Notes: generated by a model not told the origin, from the letters alone. A stretch of DNA of 64,000 bases from Candidatus Nomurabacteria bacterium (GCA_020632395.1 JACKFQ010000001.1:136762-200761); one strand, 5' to 3'. Counted from the stretch's first letter, positions 9,619-20,163 are shown. Numbers and translations: made by a program.

Positions 9619-9694
9619 GGGCCGCTAGCTCAATTGGCAGAGCATCGGGCTTTTAACCCGCAGGTTCAGGGTTCGACTCCCTGGCGGCTCACCA
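9619..9694 (+). tRNA. tRNA-Lys (anticodon TTT), CCA encoded
   Basis: GGGCCGCTAGCTCAATTGGCAGAGCATCGGGCTTTTAACCCGCAGGTTCAGGGTTCGACTCCCTGGCGGCTCACCA. Confidence 0.8.
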
Positions 9695-10393
9695 TATCCA
9701 TTTCACTATACATTAATCCTTGTTTACTCCTGAATAATTTAGATTGAATACTAATTTTAACGATATAATTACCATGAAAGATTTTTGGAAAGGTGCGTCA
9801 ATTGTATTGAATCTCTTTGGATTTTTAAGTCTTGTGATGCTGTTAATTCTATTCGCAGAAACTAACACTTATCTAGATAGTCCATATTGGGCTGTACATG
9901 CAGCATCAGCGTTCATACTTTTTTCATAAGCATTTTTTCGTTAGTTCTTGCGGCAAATTTACGACGGTTATCAGTCCCAGAAAAACTATTAGAGAAGTTA
10001 AAGAGTGAAGGAGTGGAAATTGAGGAGTAGATTAATTCTCAAACTAAGAGAGTTTTGTTCCTAATTCTTCACATAAATACGTTAGATTGATATGTTATTG
10101 TTTGCAGATAAAGTTTTTCGTCCTATCTACGCCAGATTTATCACAAATATTTGTTCCATTTGTGTAACTGCTACAACTCAAACACCGCTTCCTTCTTTAA
10201 ATATCATTCCAATGTTCCAATTAGTGCAATTCGTTATTGATATTTATCTAAGAATGCTACGGTTTTCTATTCTTGATGCAATGTCTGCAAATCGAGTAGC
10301 TTTCGAATTCATCAACTCAACTCTGAAAATCATTCATCACATCTATCAGATAATGTATAATCGTACATATCTAAGTTTTTCGTTTTATTAGTT

Positions 10394-11221
10394 GTGGAAT
10401 TATTTATTCTATCCTGTTTCGGTTTACCATCGTTTATTCTGCTTATCATGCTACTTACAAATATCAGGCAGATCAATGAATATCAAAGAGGAATACTATT
10501 TGTGATGGGTAAATATAAAAGAGTAGTAAATAGTGGTTGGACATTCATTATTCCAATATTTCAATCTATGAAGATCGTTGATGTTCGTACCAAAACTATT
10601 GATCTTGCTGATCAGGGTGGTATGACTGCAGATAATGTTTCTGTAAAGATTGGTGCCGTAGTATTCTTTAAAATTGTTGATGCCTCTAGAGCTGTTCTAG
10701 AAGTAGAGAATTATCAGTGGGCTATCTCACAGTTGGCTGAGACCACAATGCGAACAGCTGTTGGTGAGGTTGAATTGAACAAACTTTTAAGTGGAAGAGA
10801 TGAAGTTGCAAATAATATTGAAGCTATAATCGAATCAAAGGCTACAGACTGGGGATTACATATTATTGGAGTAGAATTAAAAGATATAGTTCTTCCTGAT
10901 GATATGAAGCGAACAATGGCTAAGCAGGCAGAAGCTGAAAGAGAAAAATTATCTGTCATAACAAAAGCAGAAGGTGAGTTGATAGCAGCAGAGAATCTCT
11001 CAAAGGCTGCAGAAATGATGTCGAAGTCACCAGGAGCACTACATCTTAGAACCTTGAGTACTTTGAACGACCTATCTTCTGACCAATCGAACACAGTGAT
11101 ATTTGCTATCCCGATCGAAGTATTACGGGCTTTTGAGAAGGTTGGAAGTGGTAGCAATCTATCTCTGGATGATATGGCAACTAAGATATCCGGTATGATC
11201 AAAGGAGCGACAAACAAGTAG
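10394..11221 (+). CDS. SPFH/band-7 (stomatin/HflC-like) membrane protein
   Basis: 275 aa. It has an N-terminal TM segment, an SPFH core (YQRGILFVMGKY...VDVRT...) and a C-terminal coiled coil with an AEAEREK repeat. Confidence 0.75.
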   Translation: MELFILSCFGLPSFILLIMLLTNIRQINEYQRGILFVMGKYKRVVNSGWTFIIPIFQSMKIVDVRTKTIDLADQGGMTADNVSVKIGAVVFFKIVDASRAVLEVENYQWAISQLAETTMRTAVGEVELNKLLSGRDEVANNIEAIIESKATDWGLHIIGVELKDIVLPDDMKRTMAKQAEAEREKLSVITKAEGELIAAENLSKAAEMMSKSPGALHLRTLSTLNDLSSDQSNTVIFAIPIEVLRAFEKVGSGSNLSLDDMATKISGMIKGATNK

Positions 11222-11334
11222 TCACATTCTTAGTGCATCAGTAAGGAGCATACTGCATCTTTTGATAAGATCAGCTATCGATAGGTGGCTGATCTGTCAT
11301 TTTGTATGCAGAAACATAACTAAACATATTTTTT

Positions 11335-12297
11335 ATGAAATTCACTAAAGAACAGAAACGAATTGTTAAGAAGATCCTTGAGTATTCGATCTATGCGATT
11401 GTTGGATATTTCATATACTCAAAGTTGGGTGGTAATCTAGAGCAGATCAGAAACGTAGAGATAGATTATCCTTATTTATTAGCTGCAACACTTCTATTTT
11501 CTACTCATAATATATGGAATGGTCTGAATTGGGATTATCTGATCGAACGATCTGGCGAGCAGACAAAATTAGATCAGCAAATGAGGGTTTATCTGAAATC
11601 TTATCTGATGCGATATGTTCCCGGAAATGTCGTAGGAATAATGGGAAGGGCGATCCTCAATAAGCCTTACGGAATACCAATGTTTAAGAGTTTATGGGGA
11701 TGGTTCTTTGAGAATATCGTATATCTAGCATTAGGGATCTTCATTGGGAGTTATGCCGTACTAAAAACACAATTTGCTTCATATAGCGTACTGGGATTGA
11801 TGGTCGTGGCTTTTGTTGTTGGTTTGTTCATACTTCTGAGGAACGATCTTTTAGAAAGAGTATTCGAAGGCAAAATTGCCAAAAAGCTACCTGAGGCAGC
11901 TAAAAAGGAAGCCACACCGTTGAGACTCTCTCCAAAGGTCCGTATAGAAATGCTTGGCAGATATACTCTCTCCTGGATCATATACTCCTTGAGTTTTGTA
12001 CTGGTAGTAAGTTCTGTAATTGATCTAAACGCCTTGAACATACCGAGTCTGATCTCTGTAAATGCACTCGCATATTCTGCTGGATACCTTGCAATTGTCA
12101 CTCCAAGTGGAGCTGGTGTACGAGAGAGTGTTATGGTATTTGCTTTAACTAATGCATTAGGTTATTCAATAGAAAATGCCGTAGTGATAGCCTTAGCGGC
12201 TCGAATAGTATTCATACTGGGTGAATTGACCGGCTTTGTAGGGTATTATTTGTATTATTTCTTAATGAAACGAAATGGAGAAGAATTATCAATATGA
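11335..12297 (+). CDS. UPF0104/LPG-synthase-TM-like polytopic membrane protein (flippase candidate)
   Basis: 320 aa with multiple TM helices. It overlaps the GT2 gene by 23 nt. Confidence 0.45.
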   Translation: MKFTKEQKRIVKKILEYSIYAIVGYFIYSKLGGNLEQIRNVEIDYPYLLAATLLFSTHNIWNGLNWDYLIERSGEQTKLDQQMRVYLKSYLMRYVPGNVVGIMGRAILNKPYGIPMFKSLWGWFFENIVYLALGIFIGSYAVLKTQFASYSVLGLMVVAFVVGLFILLRNDLLERVFEGKIAKKLPEAAKKEATPLRLSPKVRIEMLGRYTLSWIIYSLSFVLVVSSVIDLNALNIPSLISVNALAYSAGYLAIVTPSGAGVRESVMVFALTNALGYSIENAVVIALAARIVFILGELTGFVGYYLYYFLMKRNGEELSI

Positions 12298-13243
12298 TGT
12301 AAGTATTATACTTCCGAGTCTTAATGAAGGCGAATCTGTAAAAGTCCTTCTTGAGGAGATATACAATGAAATGCGTAAACTCAATAAGAGTTTTGAGATA
12401 ATTGCGATCGATACTCCTTCTGATAATCCCAGCTATCCAGTTTATGTTGAGTATGCCAAGAAGTATGATAATTTCACAGGGATCAGGCTATCTGATAGAC
12501 GAGTAGCCGGAAGTGGCAAGACAGTTCAGTATATGATCGGTTTTCATAGAGCAAAGGGAAGATACATAATCCAGATGGATTCTGATTATCAGGATAACCC
12601 CGCCGATATTCATAAATTCATCCAAAAGCTTGATGAAGGTTACGATCTGGTAGTCGGACATAAACAGAAGAGAAAGGATGGTGCATTTTATGTTCTCCAA
12701 TCATATGTAGGCAATGCATTTACAAGATTGATCACAGGTACAGATGTTCATGATATGAATTGTGGGTTTAAGGGTTATCAGTCTTATGTCGCAAAACGAT
12801 TGAATTTAAAAGGTAGGTGGTACAGATATATTCCTTCATTGTTACAAGCAAAAGGTTATAAGATCACAGAAGTTCCTATCGAAAATCGTAAAAGGATCTT
12901 TGGTAAGAGTAATTTCAATTTGAAAAATCGCATACAAGCTGGCTTATTTGATATGTCAGTTGTTGCACTGTATAACTTCTTCTCTGAAACACCGGTTTAC
13001 CTATTTGGATGGATCAGTATCATAAGTCTTTCATTAGCTTTTGTTACAGCAATTTGTACTCTGATCTTTTGGGGTGGAGAGCTATCGATCTTACTGGGAG
13101 TTGCAACCTTGATGTTAGGCTTTTTTGCAGGGGTATCGTTACTGTTTGGAGTAATGATCGAATTTATTCGCATGAGCTCTCGTACCGAAATTACAGAATA
13201 CGGTATACGCGACATTGTTACCGGTCAACAGGCCGATCGTTGA
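12275..13243 (+). CDS. GT2 polyprenyl-phosphate glycosyltransferase (DPM1/ArnC-like) with a C-terminal TM pair
   Basis: VSIILPSLNEGESV, the DxD region DSDYQD, and two C-terminal TM helices. Confidence 0.75.
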   Translation: MEKNYQYDVSIILPSLNEGESVKVLLEEIYNEMRKLNKSFEIIAIDTPSDNPSYPVYVEYAKKYDNFTGIRLSDRRVAGSGKTVQYMIGFHRAKGRYIIQMDSDYQDNPADIHKFIQKLDEGYDLVVGHKQKRKDGAFYVLQSYVGNAFTRLITGTDVHDMNCGFKGYQSYVAKRLNLKGRWYRYIPSLLQAKGYKITEVPIENRKRIFGKSNFNLKNRIQAGLFDMSVVALYNFFSETPVYLFGWISIISLSLAFVTAICTLIFWGGELSILLGVATLMLGFFAGVSLLFGVMIEFIRMSSRTEITEYGIRDIVTGQQADR

Positions 13244-14978
13244 AGATGACCAGGTGTGTTCTCCCGATCTTTACACTGTCATTACCTATCTCATACAGTC
13301 TTTGAAGTTCTAGGATCTCACTATTTACTTTAGATGGCTTGGGATAAAGATCTTCTTTTGATATGACTATTGCATCAGAGTAGATGAAATTCATAGGATC
13401 CCTCGTGATGATAAGATCAGGGTTATCTGTTATGTATCGTTGAATGCGGATCTCATTCTGTTCCCAATCGAAATTGCTATCTCGCACGAATCTATATCCT
13501 TCTCCGGGTTCTCCTGTGATCACGTTGAAATATTCAAGATAATAAGGATACTGCCTTGCTAGGGCGATGATATTTCCTGTGATTAGTATGATGATAATGA
13601 TATTGAATAGCTTTGGGTTAAGTTGGCCAGAAAGCCATATCAAAACACCTAAGAATAAAAATGGATATACCGGTAAGAAATGTCTGATCCCTAAATTTAT
13701 CGAACTAGATAGAGACAAGAAGGCTAACAGGATCGGTACTGCTACCATTACTGTTTTTCTGTTTATGATAGAGTTCTTATGTGAATTTCTTGATCTACTC
13801 AGATATTTGTAGAGGTATGTAATTAGTCCTGTCAGTACAACAATAACTACACCTATATACTCTTTTACAATGAAAGTGACTGGGAAATAGTATACCCACC
13901 CCCGTTTACTGAATTGACCAAGCAGAAATGAGTCATGACCGAAGATATTGTGTTTAAAGACGTTCTCATAGAAACCATTGATGTACTGAGGGAATGGTAG
14001 GGGAATATGGTAGAAGAGGAATTTCAACGGCCTTTCTAGAAAAGGAAGTACCTGATAAAAGATCCTAAATCCATCGACATTCGCAAATACTTTTGCCTGA
14101 TTTCCGTAGGTCATGTCAAACATACTACCGATCTGAAACGAGTATGCAGTAAATATCAACAGAAAGATTGGAAATAGTAGTCCATAGAGATGTTTGACCG
14201 TCAGAGATATCTTTTTTTTGAAACCACCTTTCGTAACTCTCCAATTTTTTAACAAAAATATGATCAGTATCAAAGAAACAGAGAAAACAGCGGTATATTT
14301 CGTTAGAAGTGCTGTAGTAAGAACTGATACGAGAAGAACTGTTTTTGTACGATCCCATTTATTTGGAAAATCTTTTATCAACTCGGCTGAAACAAGTGTT
14401 GAAATAAAGATCATATACATTGCGGGGGCGTCTGTTGTCACAAGTGCCGAATGAGCAATGACTGTAGGGCTTAATGATAGGAATGCCAATAGTATAAGAG
14501 AGATCTTATATCCATACGATCTTTCGACTAATCGAAAAATCACATAAAGCAAGAATGCAGAGGTCATAATTGCTAGTGCTCTGGGTCCGAACAGTACATT
14601 TTGTGAAAAAAGTACCTTGCCACCGTTCATTTTCACTAGCTCATCAGAGATAGAATCTTTTTGAGCGTTGACCCATAAAGGGTCTGTTTCAGAAGGAATT
14701 ACTAGGTCGTCGTCAAATAATGTAGGAATTGCATAGTAAGTGTTGAATAACATAGGGTGGTGCTGATTGATCCTTGGATCTCCTGTGTTTAGATACATGA
14801 TACCTCGGGTTAGATGGTACTTTTCATCTGTGGTCCCTGACATATCAGTTATCATTGATAAACCGAGAAATATGAAGACACCAATAAATAGAACTGCGGG
14901 TAATGACCTGCGTGTTCTATATGTTATCCACTGCTTGAACTTTACTTGTAGCTCTAAAGCTGTTTTAATTCTGTTCAT
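13218..14978 (-). CDS. GT-C fold membrane glycosyltransferase (ArnT/PMT family-like)
   Basis: 586 aa with at least 10 TM helices. The first-loop DEKYH signature (DExxH/Y) is present. It overlaps the GT2 3' end. Confidence 0.6.
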   Translation of the reverse strand: MNRIKTALELQVKFKQWITYRTRRSLPAVLFIGVFIFLGLSMITDMSGTTDEKYHLTRGIMYLNTGDPRINQHHPMLFNTYYAIPTLFDDDLVIPSETDPLWVNAQKDSISDELVKMNGGKVLFSQNVLFGPRALAIMTSAFLLYVIFRLVERSYGYKISLILLAFLSLSPTVIAHSALVTTDAPAMYMIFISTLVSAELIKDFPNKWDRTKTVLLVSVLTTALLTKYTAVFSVSLILIIFLLKNWRVTKGGFKKKISLTVKHLYGLLFPIFLLIFTAYSFQIGSMFDMTYGNQAKVFANVDGFRIFYQVLPFLERPLKFLFYHIPLPFPQYINGFYENVFKHNIFGHDSFLLGQFSKRGWVYYFPVTFIVKEYIGVVIVVLTGLITYLYKYLSRSRNSHKNSIINRKTVMVAVPILLAFLSLSSSINLGIRHFLPVYPFLFLGVLIWLSGQLNPKLFNIIIIILITGNIIALARQYPYYLEYFNVITGEPGEGYRFVRDSNFDWEQNEIRIQRYITDNPDLIITRDPMNFIYSDAIVISKEDLYPKPSKVNSEILELQRLYEIGNDSVKIGRTHLVIFNDRPVDR

Positions 14979-14995
14979 AAGATAATAATCATATC

Positions 14996-15673
14996 ATGAA
15001 TATCGCAATACTAGACTATGATAATACTCTTTCAGAAGGTTATTCAAGATACGAGCTTGGTTTTCTGATGGAAGAGAAGGGTTTGATCGAGCACGGTTTG
15101 AGAGAAGAGATCGAAGAAGTACAAGGAAATTATGAACAAGGATACATAGATTACAATACGAAGTTCCGAGATGATAAGAAGATTTTTGGAAGATATTATG
15201 AAGGGTTAAAAAGGACGGATATAGTGAGATTTGTTCGAGAGGAATTTGATATGACGAAACTTCTTTTCCCCTGGTCAAAGAAATTTATAAGTATTCTAAA
15301 GGATAATGGATATCTGACGATCGTTGTATCTGGGTGTTGGGATTTCTTGCTTGAAGAAGCACAGGACTTGTTGGACTTTGACTCATTCTTTGGTACTGAG
15401 TTTCATTTTGATGAGAATATAGCTACAGGCGATTTTACGACAATAATTGATGAGAACAAAAAGAGATCAGTCACAAAAAGCTTATTGCAAACTACTGAAA
15501 AAACATTTGGAATGGGAGATAGTGTTGCAGATTTTGAGATACTGGATCAAGTCGATATCTCCTTCCTTTATGAGCCCAAATATGATGCGGAGGAGTTGGC
15601 GAAAAAGAGGAATTACCTGATAGTAAATAGAGATAACGTTCTCGATAGATTAAACGAAGCTTTAGCTGATTGA
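14996..15673 (+). CDS. HAD-superfamily hydrolase (subfamily IB, SerB-like)
   Basis: IAILDYDNTL motif I (DxDxT) and GDSVADFE motif IV. Confidence 0.6.
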   Translation: MNIAILDYDNTLSEGYSRYELGFLMEEKGLIEHGLREEIEEVQGNYEQGYIDYNTKFRDDKKIFGRYYEGLKRTDIVRFVREEFDMTKLLFPWSKKFISILKDNGYLTIVVSGCWDFLLEEAQDLLDFDSFFGTEFHFDENIATGDFTTIIDENKKRSVTKSLLQTTEKTFGMGDSVADFEILDQVDISFLYEPKYDAEELAKKRNYLIVNRDNVLDRLNEALAD

Positions 15674-17890
15674 ATCCAGAAACCTGCTGACACCGGACTT
15701 TGGTGCAATTATGCGTAATCTGTGCAAGGCTCTTGTGAAAGATACGTATAGTAAACGAGCTTCTTCTTCGTTATCATAAAATTCCTTTGCTAGATCGACT
15801 ACGATAACAGACGAGAATTCTAATCCCTTAGCCATGCGCACAGGAAGTACCTGTATACCATCATGAAAATTTTCCATCTGATGAGAATATACCTGCAATC
15901 CGAGATCTTCTTGTGAAATGAGAGAATATAGAAGATCAGAATGTATGTCATCTCTACATATAACCGCTACAGAGGGAGCTTTTGTTTCTATCTCTTCTTT
16001 GATAGCTTTGAGAAGCGACTTAAAAGCCTCTGGATCATTCTTTATGATATCATCAGTTCTATCAATGATAACATCGTCACCGGTACGCAGGACAGCTTCA
16101 GGAAGCTTGTATGTTTTAGGGAATTCTGAAGCTAATATCTTAGTTGAAAATTCGATGATCTGCTGTGTTGAACGATAACTCTTATTTAGGTCATGGTATT
16201 GCACTTCTAGCCCGGCAATATTCGAAAGGAATTCGATCAAACCCGACCACTCTTTGTAGTGGAAAGGAGGAATGATAGATTGTGCGGTGTCACCAGCTAT
16301 CGTGACATTACCCTTTTTCGCATGAACAACTAATGTAGCTATTTGAAACGGACTGAGATCCTGAGCCTCATCGATGAGTATGTGATCGTACATATCATTG
16401 AGAGTACCAAATAGAAAATCCCGTATCATAACAAGTGGTGCAAGGTCAGATGTTGCATAACCCATAAAACCTTTGTTCTTTCGTGTTGTTTGGGTCGAAG
16501 CTCGGGTTATCAACATCCATTGTTCATTGGTAAGTGGTGTGTTGTTAGGATGTTTATCCTTGAAAGATGCGAGATAGATGTTATATACGTTCAAATTCGA
16601 ACGAATATAATCCTTTATATGTTTCTCACGTTCTTTATCCGCTCCTGATCTGGATAGTGACTCTGAAAAGGATCGGTTGAGAGTTCTAGTTGAAAATACT
16701 GATTCTACAGCGAGATCAACAAGTTCCTTAAATGGTAATTCCGGATGTTTTTCCCTGATCTCATAAAAAGATTCTTCCACATAAGGTGCAGCTGTCGTAG
16801 GCATATTTGCAAAGAATTTCTCAATGAATTGCTCAAGATAAGACTTGATATGTTCATAGTAAAGTATTGAACCTTTGATGCTTTTAACTTCTATCGGTTC
16901 TGTATCATCTATGACATGCTTGTCACTTAAAGCAACTAGCTCCCTTGACCAGAAAAGATATGTATTTTGTTGCATTCCTTTCACACCAAGACTCGGAAGG
17001 ACATCAGAAATATAATCAATGAAAAGCTTGTTTGGTGCTATCACTAAGGACCTCTTAGGTAATATCTTTTCAGGATAGGCATACATAAGATAGGCCATCC
17101 TATGAAGTATGATCGTGGTCTTTCCTGATCCTGCTACTCCCTGTATAAGTAACGGTGAGTCAATATCTGCTCGGATTATGTTGTTCTGTTGTGCCTGTAT
17201 GGTTGAAACTATCTCCTTGAGCTTTTCGCCGGATCTCTGCTTAAGTTCTTTTAATAAAAATTCATCTACAGCAATGTTTCCACTTTCTGTTTTGTAGATC
17301 TCTCGAATACGACCCATGGATACATCAAATTGCAGTTTTTCAGTCAGATCCCCATGCTGAGTTCCAACAGGACTAACAAAAGAGACACCTTTTTGAGGAC
17401 CGGAATTATTGTAGTAGAGATTTGCAATAGGCGAACGCCAGTCTGATATAAGCGCTTTGCCCGTTGATTTATCGAAATAGCCAAACTTGCCAATATATGC
17501 AGGCATAGTTGTCTTTGAGAACCCCTCACCGGCTTTTCGTTCAAAGATCACCTTACCGAAATAGGGTGTATCGAGAATATCAAACAAGCGATTTAATCTA
17601 TCGACTAGATCCTGCATCTGTTGTATAAGCTTGTTGTAAAGACCTATAGCTTCAGTCTTATCATCTCCTGTCTCATTATCGATAACCCAGATCATATGCT
17701 CTATCTGTTCCGATAGGTTATCAATATGAGATACACCAGCCTTTAGATCCTCAGCCAAGGGCAATATAACATCCTTTAGGTATTCAAATTCAACTTTTTC
17801 TAAAGGATTTTTTGGAGAAAGGTCAGAAGTATCGGATATCCTCTCCAGAGAGGAGTGGATCGGGTTCAGATATTGATAAAAGTCTTGCAT
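15662..17890 (-). CDS. UvrD-like superfamily 1 helicase with an N-terminal extension (HelD / helicase IV-like)
   Basis: Walker A in IQGVAGSGKTTIILHRMAY, plus DEAQD and downstream helicase motifs. ORF 15662-17947. The probable start is MQDFYQ at 17890. Confidence 0.7.
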   Translation of the reverse strand: MQDFYQYLNPIHSSLERISDTSDLSPKNPLEKVEFEYLKDVILPLAEDLKAGVSHIDNLSEQIEHMIWVIDNETGDDKTEAIGLYNKLIQQMQDLVDRLNRLFDILDTPYFGKVIFERKAGEGFSKTTMPAYIGKFGYFDKSTGKALISDWRSPIANLYYNNSGPQKGVSFVSPVGTQHGDLTEKLQFDVSMGRIREIYKTESGNIAVDEFLLKELKQRSGEKLKEIVSTIQAQQNNIIRADIDSPLLIQGVAGSGKTTIILHRMAYLMYAYPEKILPKRSLVIAPNKLFIDYISDVLPSLGVKGMQQNTYLFWSRELVALSDKHVIDDTEPIEVKSIKGSILYYEHIKSYLEQFIEKFFANMPTTAAPYVEESFYEIREKHPELPFKELVDLAVESVFSTRTLNRSFSESLSRSGADKEREKHIKDYIRSNLNVYNIYLASFKDKHPNNTPLTNEQWMLITRASTQTTRKNKGFMGYATSDLAPLVMIRDFLFGTLNDMYDHILIDEAQDLSPFQIATLVVHAKKGNVTIAGDTAQSIIPPFHYKEWSGLIEFLSNIAGLEVQYHDLNKSYRSTQQIIEFSTKILASEFPKTYKLPEAVLRTGDDVIIDRTDDIIKNDPEAFKSLLKAIKEEIETKAPSVAVICRDDIHSDLLYSLISQEDLGLQVYSHQMENFHDGIQVLPVRMAKGLEFSSVIVVDLAKEFYDNEEEARLLYVSFTRALHRLRIIAPKSGVSRFLDSIS

Positions 17891-17930
17891 ATGGACATTA
17901 TGCGAAGTAACAAAGCGAAATATACTACAT

Positions 17931-18998
17931 CTAAACGATCTTGGCAAGTCCTAAACACTCATTGCTACAATAAAAAACGACACTTTGACCAGGTGCAGGT
18001 GCCCATTGAGCATCTGAAAATGTCAGTAGATATCGCCCGTTGTTCTCAGCTAAGGGAGATATCTCCGTTCGACTTAGTTTTCCTCGATATCTTATCATCG
18101 CCTCAAGATCTTGTATCTTGGTCAGATCTGTACTAGTACTGATAGTATGGACTTCCTCTACGATTATCTGTTTCTGCCATAGAGTAGGGTGATCTCTGCC
18201 CATACCTACATAAAGGGTATTTGTTTTGACATCTTTGCCTACTACAAAGTACGGTTGCGATGTACCTCCGATCCCGATACCTCTCCGTTGACCCAATGTG
18301 TAAAACCACACTCCGTCATGTTCTCCAACTACATGTCCTGTATCAATATCCACGATATCGCCTTGTTTAACGGTTAGATTCATTGACAGGAATTGCTTGA
18401 TATCAACTTCACCAATAAAACAGATACCTTGGCTATCAGGTCGATCTGCTGAGGCTAGGTCGTTCTCATGTGCAATTTGACGCACCTCCTTTTTGGTCAG
18501 ATCTCCCAATGGGAATATAGTACTTGATAGCTGAATAGAATTAAGTGCAGATAAGAAATATGTCTGATCCTTTGTTGTATCGACAGCTTTGAACAATCGT
18601 CCCAGATCTGTTTTTGAGTAGTGACCTGTGGCGATCATATCGGCACCGTCATCTAGAGCTTTGTTTAGAAAAGCTTCAAATTTAATATATTTATTACAAA
18701 GAATATCGGGATTTGGGGTGTTGCCTAAACGATACTGCTCAAAGAAATCTTCGATGACAGCCTCCCTATACTCTCGCTCAAAGTTGTAGATCTTAAGCTT
18801 AATTTGTAATTTCTCGCATACAGCTGTGACAAATTGAATATCTTCCTCCCACGGGCAGTTGTCCTCAAGGCCATAACCTTCTCCTGACCAGTTCTTCATA
18901 TAGACACCGATAACCTCATAACCTTGTTTTAATAAGAGATATGCAGCAACAGAACTATCTACACCGCCTGACATCCCTACGTATACTTTCTTTTTCAT
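17931..18998 (-). CDS. mnmA: tRNA-specific 2-thiouridylase MnmA
   Basis: PP-loop SGGVDSSVAAYLL, together with length and architecture. Confidence 0.85.
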   Translation of the reverse strand: MKKKVYVGMSGGVDSSVAAYLLLKQGYEVIGVYMKNWSGEGYGLEDNCPWEEDIQFVTAVCEKLQIKLKIYNFEREYREAVIEDFFEQYRLGNTPNPDILCNKYIKFEAFLNKALDDGADMIATGHYSKTDLGRLFKAVDTTKDQTYFLSALNSIQLSSTIFPLGDLTKKEVRQIAHENDLASADRPDSQGICFIGEVDIKQFLSMNLTVKQGDIVDIDTGHVVGEHDGVWFYTLGQRRGIGIGGTSQPYFVVGKDVKTNTLYVGMGRDHPTLWQKQIIVEEVHTISTSTDLTKIQDLEAMIRYRGKLSRTEISPLAENNGRYLLTFSDAQWAPAPGQSVVFYCSNECLGLAKIV

Positions 18999-19025
18999 TG
19001 ATATGATTATATCATCAGTTCAATC

Positions 19026-19538
19026 ATGAAAAGCAGTACATTTATAAAGCTCCTGTTTGTTGTAACTGTAGTTTTCATAATTTCTCTATTAGTACTTATC
19101 TACTCGAAACAGCAGAGTAGGGTAGTCAACCCTGAGGTTATAAGTAGTATAGATATAGTCACAATAAGAACAGCAGATAAGGATCTTGATGTGAATGTCG
19201 AGATCGCTAGAACAGATGCCCAACGTCAGAAAGGATTGATGGGCGTTACTGATTTATCTACTGATGAAGGTATGTTCTTCATATTTGAGAGTGATATTCG
19301 ACACGGATTTTGGATGAAGAACACGCTAATACCTTTGGATATGATCTTTATCGACCAGAATTTAAGGATCGTAGATATAAATAAGAATGCACAACCGTGT
19401 GAGCCGACAATCCAATGTACTTCCTATGTACCACCCATGCATTATCGATATGTTTTAGAGTTGAACGGAGGGCTATCTGATCTTTGGGGAATAAAAATAG
19501 GGGACAGTTTGAATGTCCCTTTTGTACTATCAGACTAA
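19026..19538 (+). CDS. DUF192-family secreted/membrane-anchored protein
   Basis: N-terminal TM segment plus the IPLDMIFIDQN signature. Confidence 0.5.
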   Translation: MKSSTFIKLLFVVTVVFIISLLVLIYSKQQSRVVNPEVISSIDIVTIRTADKDLDVNVEIARTDAQRQKGLMGVTDLSTDEGMFFIFESDIRHGFWMKNTLIPLDMIFIDQNLRIVDINKNAQPCEPTIQCTSYVPPMHYRYVLELNGGLSDLWGIKIGDSLNVPFVLSD

Positions 19539-19551
19539 TGCTTATGGTAAT

Positions 19552-20163
19552 TTACATTGAATCTATTGCATTCATAACACCTTGTACTTTTTCTCCCCAT
19601 GTAGGACATTGATAACAGTAGTATTTTTCGATCTCTTCAGGTGTGTCAGCCCCTTTATCAAAATATCCAGCTCTTAAGAATGTAGCATGAAATTCTATCG
19701 CTTCATCATAATTCGCAAAAGATTTTGCATTTCCTTGACCGCCCATCCCTGCATAATTGTAGGGTCTGTAGTTATATTTCCCACCACTAGACTCAATTAT
19801 TGAGATAGCTGGCATGAGGTTATAAGGTAGATCGTACTTCTTAGCCATTCGTACAAATGTTTCAGCATGAGCAGATAAAGGAGCACCTCTTTTTTCAAGA
19901 TAGGCTCTGATCTTTTCGACCTGTACTTTGTTCAGGTCGATATCTCTCAAACGTAGTTCGATCTCAGCAGAGTTCTTGGTCTCGTAAGCCACCTTATATT
20001 CTTCTAGCGCTATAGTTGCCTCGTAGGCATCGATAGCATACACAGGTTGTGATGAGTAGAACCTATTATTCTGTGGATTTTCTATACCTAAGGAGGCAAA
20101 GTTACCAAGTATCAGTGTACCTGCAGTGATTGATAATATTCTCTTTTTTAGTGATAATGTCAT
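19552..20163 (-). CDS. Secreted glucosaminidase/lysozyme-like cell-wall hydrolase (paralog of 30605-31267)
   Basis: Signal peptide. The ISIIESSGGKYNY...TPEEIEKYYCYQCPTWGEKV block aligns with 30605-31267. Confidence 0.4.
   Translation of the reverse strand: MTLSLKKRILSITAGTLILGNFASLGIENPQNNRFYSSQPVYAIDAYEATIALEEYKVAYETKNSAEIELRLRDIDLNKVQVEKIRAYLEKRGAPLSAHAETFVRMAKKYDLPYNLMPAISIIESSGGKYNYRPYNYAGMGGQGNAKSFANYDEAIEFHATFLRAGYFDKGADTPEEIEKYYCYQCPTWGEKVQGVMNAIDSM

Noticed and set aside
10092-10391. 99-aa ORF upstream of the SPFH gene as a possible NfeD partner
   Set aside because: No TM-plus-OB-fold pattern and the sequence looks low-complexity. It is more likely non-coding.
10714-11217. 167-aa minus-strand ORF
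   Set aside because: Antisense inside the SPFH gene. Its Ser/Ala-rich composition is typical of antisense frames.
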